Shown here: positions 56,784 through 64,000 of the stretch, piece after piece
How positions within the stretch are numbered: position 1 is the stretch's first letter
Layout: each line of letters starts with the position of its first letter
Origin: Octopus vulgaris
Lineage: Eukaryota
Assembly: GCA_951406725.2 (NCBI GenBank)
Contig: OX597831.1
Location: forward strand, 33,232,001-33,296,000
Reading direction: 5' to 3'
Length of the DNA: 64,000 nt
Position numbers and translations under genes: made by a program
The notes under the pieces: model-generated
What the model saw: the letters and a program-made list of their open reading frames with translations, nothing else
The model's database searches: none
Told to the model about the DNA's origin: nothing

Positions 56784-57726
56784 CATATATATATGTATAT
56801 ATTTGTATACATGTATATATGTATGTATATATTTATATATGTGTATATATGTATATATACGTATATGTATGTGTGTATGTATATATATATATATTAATGT
56901 ATACCTATATATGCATCCATGTATATATGTCCCTGTGTCTCGCTATATATAAGTTTGTGTATGTTTATGTATGTACATTCATGCATACATGCTTACAGCC
57001 GTATGTATGTACTTACGTACATACGTATGTATGTATGTATGTATGTATGTATGTATGTATGTATGTATGTATGTATGCATGTATGTATGTATGCATGCAT
57101 GCATGCATGTATGTATATATATGTATGTATGTATGTAGGTATGTATGTATGTAATGACTTACCATTTCGTTCTTAATATGTTCAGGCTAATTCGAACGTG
57201 AAAACCTGATTGCTGTTGTTGGTTGATCATCGAAGCACACTTCCTTCCTTTAAACAATAAACATTCATGACACATGCTACTGACCGGTGTCAAGGGACTT
57301 TGAGACACGGCAGGGTTTTGACCTCATTGCGTGTCTCCACAGTGAAAGCTACTTCCCCGGAACTATGACTGCCATGAGCATGTGCAACCAGCAAAACAAA
57401 TTATTTGCTGGTACGTGCTGATGTCTTCCAAACATTTAATAATTCAAGGGTTGGACCTCTGAATCCCAATTCAGCAGGGGTGACCAAATCACTACTCATT
57501 TCTTAATAACTTCCAGCTTAACTAATCAGTCCTGCTCCTATAAGGCATTATAAGGATAATATATTTCATAATGTATGTCGTAGGGTTCACTCTAACATTT
57601 GCAGAGACCTTAAGGGTCCTCCTCGATGCTGTTATTTAGTTCTCAGACTTGTCCAGATAGACCATTGTGTTAGCAGAGGAGTCCGGTCTACTGTAGGTAT
57701 TCGGATCAGGAATCTAGTTCAAATAT

Positions 57727-57957
57727 ACCTATTTCTTTACTACCCACAAGGGGCTAAACACAGAGAGGACAAACAAGGACAAACAAACGGATTAAGTCGA
57801 TTATATCGACCCCAGTGCGTAACTGGTACTTATTTAATCGACCCCGAAAGGATGAAAGGCAAAGTCGACCTCGGCGGAATTTGAACTCAGAACGTAACAG
57901 CAGACGAAATACGGCTACGCATTTCGCCCGGCGTGCTAACGTTTCTGCCAGCTCGCC
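57727..57957 (-). mobile_element. SINE family C, full length, with Tx1-like tail
   Basis: A-box-like tggcagaaacgtt, B-box gagttcaaattcc, central tttgcctttcatcctttcggggtcga (resembles the Meta-type SINE domain, from memory). Confidence 0.9.
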
Positions 57958-58134
57958 TAGTTCAAATATACCACCTCCACTGCACTCCACTCCACTTTCT
58001 GTCTTTGTGACCCTATAAACAGACAAGAGGTCTGCTCTTTCTTCTTGGCTGGAAGATTTTTAAAATGTTTCCCATCTATAGTCTACATTTGTCGCACATA
58101 TTTTATTACAATGAACTGGACGTTTCCTCTATAG

Positions 58135-58435
58135 CAGTGGTTTCCAAAGTGGATGGTTCTTCCCTCTTGGAGCAGTGGAAAAGTGTAGTGGGGAGAGCAT
58201 TGAAGAAAAGTGGGACGATAATGGGATGGTCCAAAAGTGTGTGCGTGTGCGTGTGTGTGTTTTTTGTAACAAAAAAACCCCAAAATAATGGGTTGATTAG
58301 GTTAAGTTTCATTTGTGAAATACAGTTGTTTTAAATTTGTGACAGAAAAAGGTCTATGTTTGTGTTAGTGATTGGCGAAGGTGGGGGGCGTTAGGAATAT
58401 GGGGGCAGGAACCTGAAAAAGTTTGGGTATCATTG
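58135..58435. mobile_element. hAT/Charlie-like MITE with perfect 8-bp TSD
   Basis: TIRs cagtggtttccaaa / tttgggtatcattg; TSD ctctatag at 58127-58134 and 58436-58443. Confidence 0.88.
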
Positions 58436-58699
58436 CTCTATAGTGTAGAGCTCTCGACGTTCTCTTCTCTTAACTGCAGAGGACCCCACGGTTCGGTAAT
58501 GCTTGCAACATAATTAATACTCTATATTGATTCCTCACATACAGACCAAATCCTCACATCTAGAGAATTGGTGTTATTGATTATATCGATCCTAGCGCTT
58601 CGGTTCGTGATAAATTATTTCATTCTATCGACTCTCGGAAGGATGAAAGGCAAAGTTTATTTTGACGGTATTTGAACTCAGAACATAATGAAGAGAGGT

Positions 58700-58928
58700 A
58701 ACTGTTGGGTTGTCAGATCAATTTGTTCGTAAATAAACCCGTATTTATTCAAATTGTTTTGAGTTAATCATGCGTTAACTCATAGCTTCGCGATTTCAAT
58801 GACGTGATTGTTTATTTTTAGAATGGCATTGTAGGGTAGGTGTGAGAGGCTGGATATGGATGGTTTGAATATAAAACAGATGAAATGGTTGGGCCTGATA
58901 TGGCCGATTGAAATTCTTAAAGGGTTAA
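58700..58928. mobile_element. Probable decayed MITE ending in aaagggTTAA
   Basis: One clear piggyBac-like terminus; the other end is decayed. Confidence 0.35.
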
Positions 58929-59084
58929 CACACAGAAAAACAATAGCATGAATAGCTTAACATCCTAAAGCTTTGGTGAAGTGGAAGAATAACTGAAATG
59001 TATACGAGCTTATCGCTGTATCAAGGTATCAACCAGATAATCGAATGTTGTTATATATCGCTAGTCACGATGCACTTTCTTTCG

Positions 59085-59315
59085 TTTTAGCTTTCGAATG
59101 GTGTCACCCTGTTGGCTGGGCGAGCTGGCCAACATTCCCCCGGATTGGAAGGTTTTTCCGCTGCAGAGTGTACCCATTTGCAGCTGAGTGGGCTGGAGAG
59201 ACGTGAAATGAAGTGTTTTGTTCGAGAACACAATGTGCAGCAGGTCTGGGAATCGAAACCACAATCTCACGATCGGGAGCGCAATATCCCCGACCACCAG
59301 GTCACGCGCCCTCAC
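59085..59315 (-). mobile_element. SINE family B-related, decayed
   Basis: cagctgagtgggctggag..tgaaatgaagtgt..gggaatcgaaacc..gaccaccaggtcacgcgcc. Confidence 0.7.
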
Positions 59316-59539
59316 ATGCTAGTTCATCGTTCATAAAACATAGTAATTCTATTTCATATGAAATTATTCACTGCACGTTACGATGGCGTTCCAACGACTC
59401 CATCACAGAGTTATGGACCCATAGCATAACATTGCATGGCAAGCGTGGAATAAAATGACAGATTCCTAAATACTATGGATGGAAAATGAAATAGTCATAG
59501 TTGGAATCACTCTACTGATAGATGTTTGCTCTCTCTAGA

Positions 59540-60212
59540 CCCGCGGATCTAAACCGGGGTCCACATGGCCCTCGGTGGTCTATTTAAGATTTTGTTGTTA
59601 AAATTTATCCGCGATAAATTGATTATGATTCTACAATAGGAGGAGGAGGAGGAGGAGGAGGAGGAGGAGGAGGAAGAGGAGGAAGAGAAGGACACCCCTT
59701 TCGGTCATGAATGACCATTGGATTGCACCTAGAAAATTACCTTCCGAGGCACAAGTCTGGGCAAGGTTGTTTTGTGGAAGACCAGCAGTCGCCCATGAAT
59801 ACCAGCCTCCCCTCTCCACATCACCGATGTTATCCAAGGGAAAGGCAAAGACCGATACCGCTTGGCACCTGTGACGTTGCAACTCATTTCTACAGCTGAG
59901 TGAACTGGAGCAACATGAAATAAAGTGTCTTGCTCAAGAACACAACACGCAGCCCGGTCCGGGAATCGAACTTACAACCTCACGATCGTAAGCTCGACGC
60001 TCTAACCACTGAGCCATGCGCCTTCTACAATGCACAAAATATAATTCTATAATACACAAAACAACTTTTTTGATACAAGTACTAATAATACTTAATAATT
60101 AAAAAAAATATGATAGGATTTGAAAAGAAATTTGAATGGCTTATAAGGGTCCAGTAGAGTAAAAGCAGGAATCAGAGAGATGCACAGGGCAAAAAAAGGT
60201 CGAGAAACTCAG
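59540..60212. mobile_element. hAT-like MITE interrupted by a SINE
   Basis: The two halves align to 51463-51765. Confidence 0.55.
59638..60022 (-). mobile_element. SINE family B (B2 tail plus (CCT)n) with 9-bp TSD
   Basis: TSD ttctacaat at 59629-59637 and 60023-60031; reverse complement of 61117-61452. Confidence 0.92.
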
Positions 60213-61116
60213 ACTTAGAGGGAGCTGAGAACTAAACAACATGTACAACGACGACGACGACGACAACGACCCCTAAAGTCCCTCATAACAGGCTAAACTC
60301 AATCACATAAATTATGAAATACGATGTCGTATTTATGCCTTGCTATAATGAATTACCAAACATGATATCCTTGTTTTACTGATATATAAAACGACGATAC
60401 ATAGCAATGATATCGTTATGTGATGCTGATATAGAAATTACCGATATCATCGCTGTGATGGTGTTATGCAGTAATGGTATCAATGTATAAAACGTAATGA
60501 TATCGTTTGGTGTTTTTTATATATCATATTGATAACAATTATGAAATGTATCGTTGTAATGTCTCATGTAAAGATAACGTGTTCGTTATATAATGAAACA
60601 GATGATATCGCTATTATATAGGAGAAGTGGAGGTGGTGATGGCGGCAGTGGAAATGGTCTTAGTGGTAGTAGTTGTGGTGGTAGTGGTGGTGGTGGTGGT
60701 AGTGGTGGTGGTGGTGGTGGTGGTGGTGGTGGTGGTGGTGGTGGTGAGTGCCAAATGAACAGCGAGTATCAGAACGATGACATACATATTCATTCTTAAC
60801 ACGTTCTAGCAGATTCGAACGCGAATGGGCTGATCGCTGTTCTTTCGTCATGGGAAAATACTTCTCACTTCAGACTAATTTGTGTTCATGACATACTCAA
60901 AATCATTAGTGTAAGGAAACTTTGGAGCAACCGGTGTTTTCCGCCTCGTTGTGTCTCCTCGATAGACGTGGATCCATCTAATGACATTGTCACTGATGAG
61001 AAACAAATTAGGTTTGAAACCGGTTAGGTGAATATAATTTTTCTGTTTACGGAAAGAATGAAATAAAGAAAGAATACACGTTTGTAAACAATTTTCATAA
61101 TTTAATGATAGTACGT

Positions 61117-61455
61117 GAAGGCGCATGGCTCAGTGGTTAGAGCGTCGAGCTTACGATCGTGAGGTTGTGAGCTCGAATCCCGAACCGGGCTGCGTGTTGT
61201 GTTCTTGAGCAAGGCACTTAATTTTCACGTTGCTCCAGTTAACTCAGCTGTAGAAATCAGTTGCGACGTCACTGGTGCCAAGCTGTATCGACCTTTGTCT
61301 TTCCCTTGGATAACACTGGTGGTGTGGAGAGGGGAGGCTGGTATGCATGGGCGACTGCTGGTCTTCCATAAACAACCTTGCCCGGACTTGTGTCTAGGAG
61401 GGTAACTTTCTAGGTGCAATCCCATGGTCATTCATGACCGAAGGGGGTCTTTACC
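61117..61455 (+). mobile_element. SINE family B (B2 tail)
   Basis: A box tggctcagtgg, B box gagctcgaatcc. Confidence 0.92.
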
Positions 61456-61897
61456 CTTTTTACGTGTATGCCATGATAAATTGGTGTACCTTACACCTCA
61501 GTACAAATATATTTCATTCTTATCCATTGGATGTGACCTTCCATTTTTAAAAATATTAGTATTGTTTGTAGAAGATTTGGCTGGTGTAACTGACTGGTCA
61601 AGTAACCGCATAGCCGGCGATGATTGTTTATATAAGAGAGAGACATTATGTGTAGACAGGAATTTGTTTTGAAATACTATGTTCCGGGTTCAAATCACGC
61701 CAAATTTGATCTTCACTTACATAAATGGGTAAACACACACACAAAGGCACCTGCACACACACATACACACACATCCAAAGACACATGCACAAATGCACAC
61801 ACACACATGCACACAGACACATGCACATATGTACACACAACACACGCACACACACACGCGCACACACACGCGCACACACATATATATAAGGTGATGT

Positions 61898-62210
61898 AGG
61901 GAGCATGACACAGTGATTAGAGTGTCGGGCTCACAATCATGTGGTAGTGAGTTCGATTCCCAGACCAGGTTGTGTGTTGTATTCTTGAGCAAGACACTAT
62001 TTCATGTTGCTCCAGTTCACTAAGGTGTAGAAATGAGTTGTGACGTCACTGGTGCCAAGCTATATCGGCCCCTTTGCCTTTCCCTTGGACAACATCAGTG
62101 GCATGGGTGACTGATGATCTTGTATAAACAACCTCTCCCAGACTTGTGCCTCGGAGGGTAACTCTGTAAGTGCAAACACATGATCATTCATGACCGAAGG
62201 GGGTCTTTAC
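61898..62210 (+). mobile_element. SINE family B (B2 tail), decayed
   Basis: Homology to 61117-61455. Confidence 0.85.
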
Positions 62211-62725
62211 CGTTATATGTGTATATATATATATACATATATATATAGGTAGGTAAGTAGGTAGGTATGTAGGGAGGTAGGTAGGTAGGTAGGTAGGTAG
62301 GTAGGTAGGTAGGTAGGTAGGTAGGTAGGTAGGTAGGTAGGTATAAAATATTTAACGTATGTGTATCGTGTAAAAAGCCAGAAGCTATAGTTTCCGATGT
62401 GACAAAAATCCCTTTATATCTGTATTGTATTAAAAACGCTCTCGCGCCGGAAGAGATAGTGAGAGTGACAGATGCACATTTCGCCGTTGATGCGGTTAAT
62501 CAGCATCACGGACTAACAGCGAAATGCATATATGTCATTCCCGCGGTCAATTCTGTAGCGATTTCATTTCGGCTACCAATGGAATATCTGTGTATGTATG
62601 TATGTATGTATGTATGTATGTATGTATGTATGTATGTATGTATGTATTACTCTACCTCCGGTATTCGAGTACTATATTTTTCTACCTTCTTTCACATATA
62701 TGTTATAATAATAGTAATAATAATC

Positions 62726-64000
<1,275 letters not shown>

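Noticed and set aside
60290-60620. Recurrent atgatatcg words
   Set aside because: No stable period can be seen by eye; treated as decayed low-complexity sequence.
61119-61190. tRNA-like sequences at SINE heads
   Set aside because: A and B boxes are present, but there is no full cloverleaf and each continues into a shared SINE body; not tRNA genes.

Overview
AT-rich, very microsatellite-dense metazoan genomic DNA, most likely intronic or intergenic sequence of an octopus-like coleoid cephalopod (inferred from the repeat landscape, not proven). I cannot identify an intact host gene, and nearly all long ORFs in the track are microsatellite artefacts. The window is a mosaic of decayed non-LTR retrotransposons: a Tx1/L1-clade family sitting in (GATA)n arrays, several Dong/R4-clade families stacked in (TAA)n arrays, and RTE-clade fragments. 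It also holds three tRNA-derived SINE families, mariner, hAT and Helitron remnants, and many small Penelope-like repeats carrying minimal type-I hammerhead ribozyme motifs. Most notable: (i) a ~420-bp palindromic element (32343-32760; partial second copy at 20002-20213) whose arms each encode a hammerhead-like fold, so both strands carry one; (ii) a ~200-bp hammerhead-bearing repeat family with covarying stem I and an A6U core variant; (iii) apparent (GATA)n targeting by the Tx1-like LINE, plus a SINE sharing that LINE's 3' tail; (iv) the same A_AAA_AAT -1 frameshift inside the endonuclease domain of two independent Dong copies. A few unique islands may be minus-strand exons or regulatory modules of an unidentified gene. 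Repeat boundaries are approximate, judged by eye.
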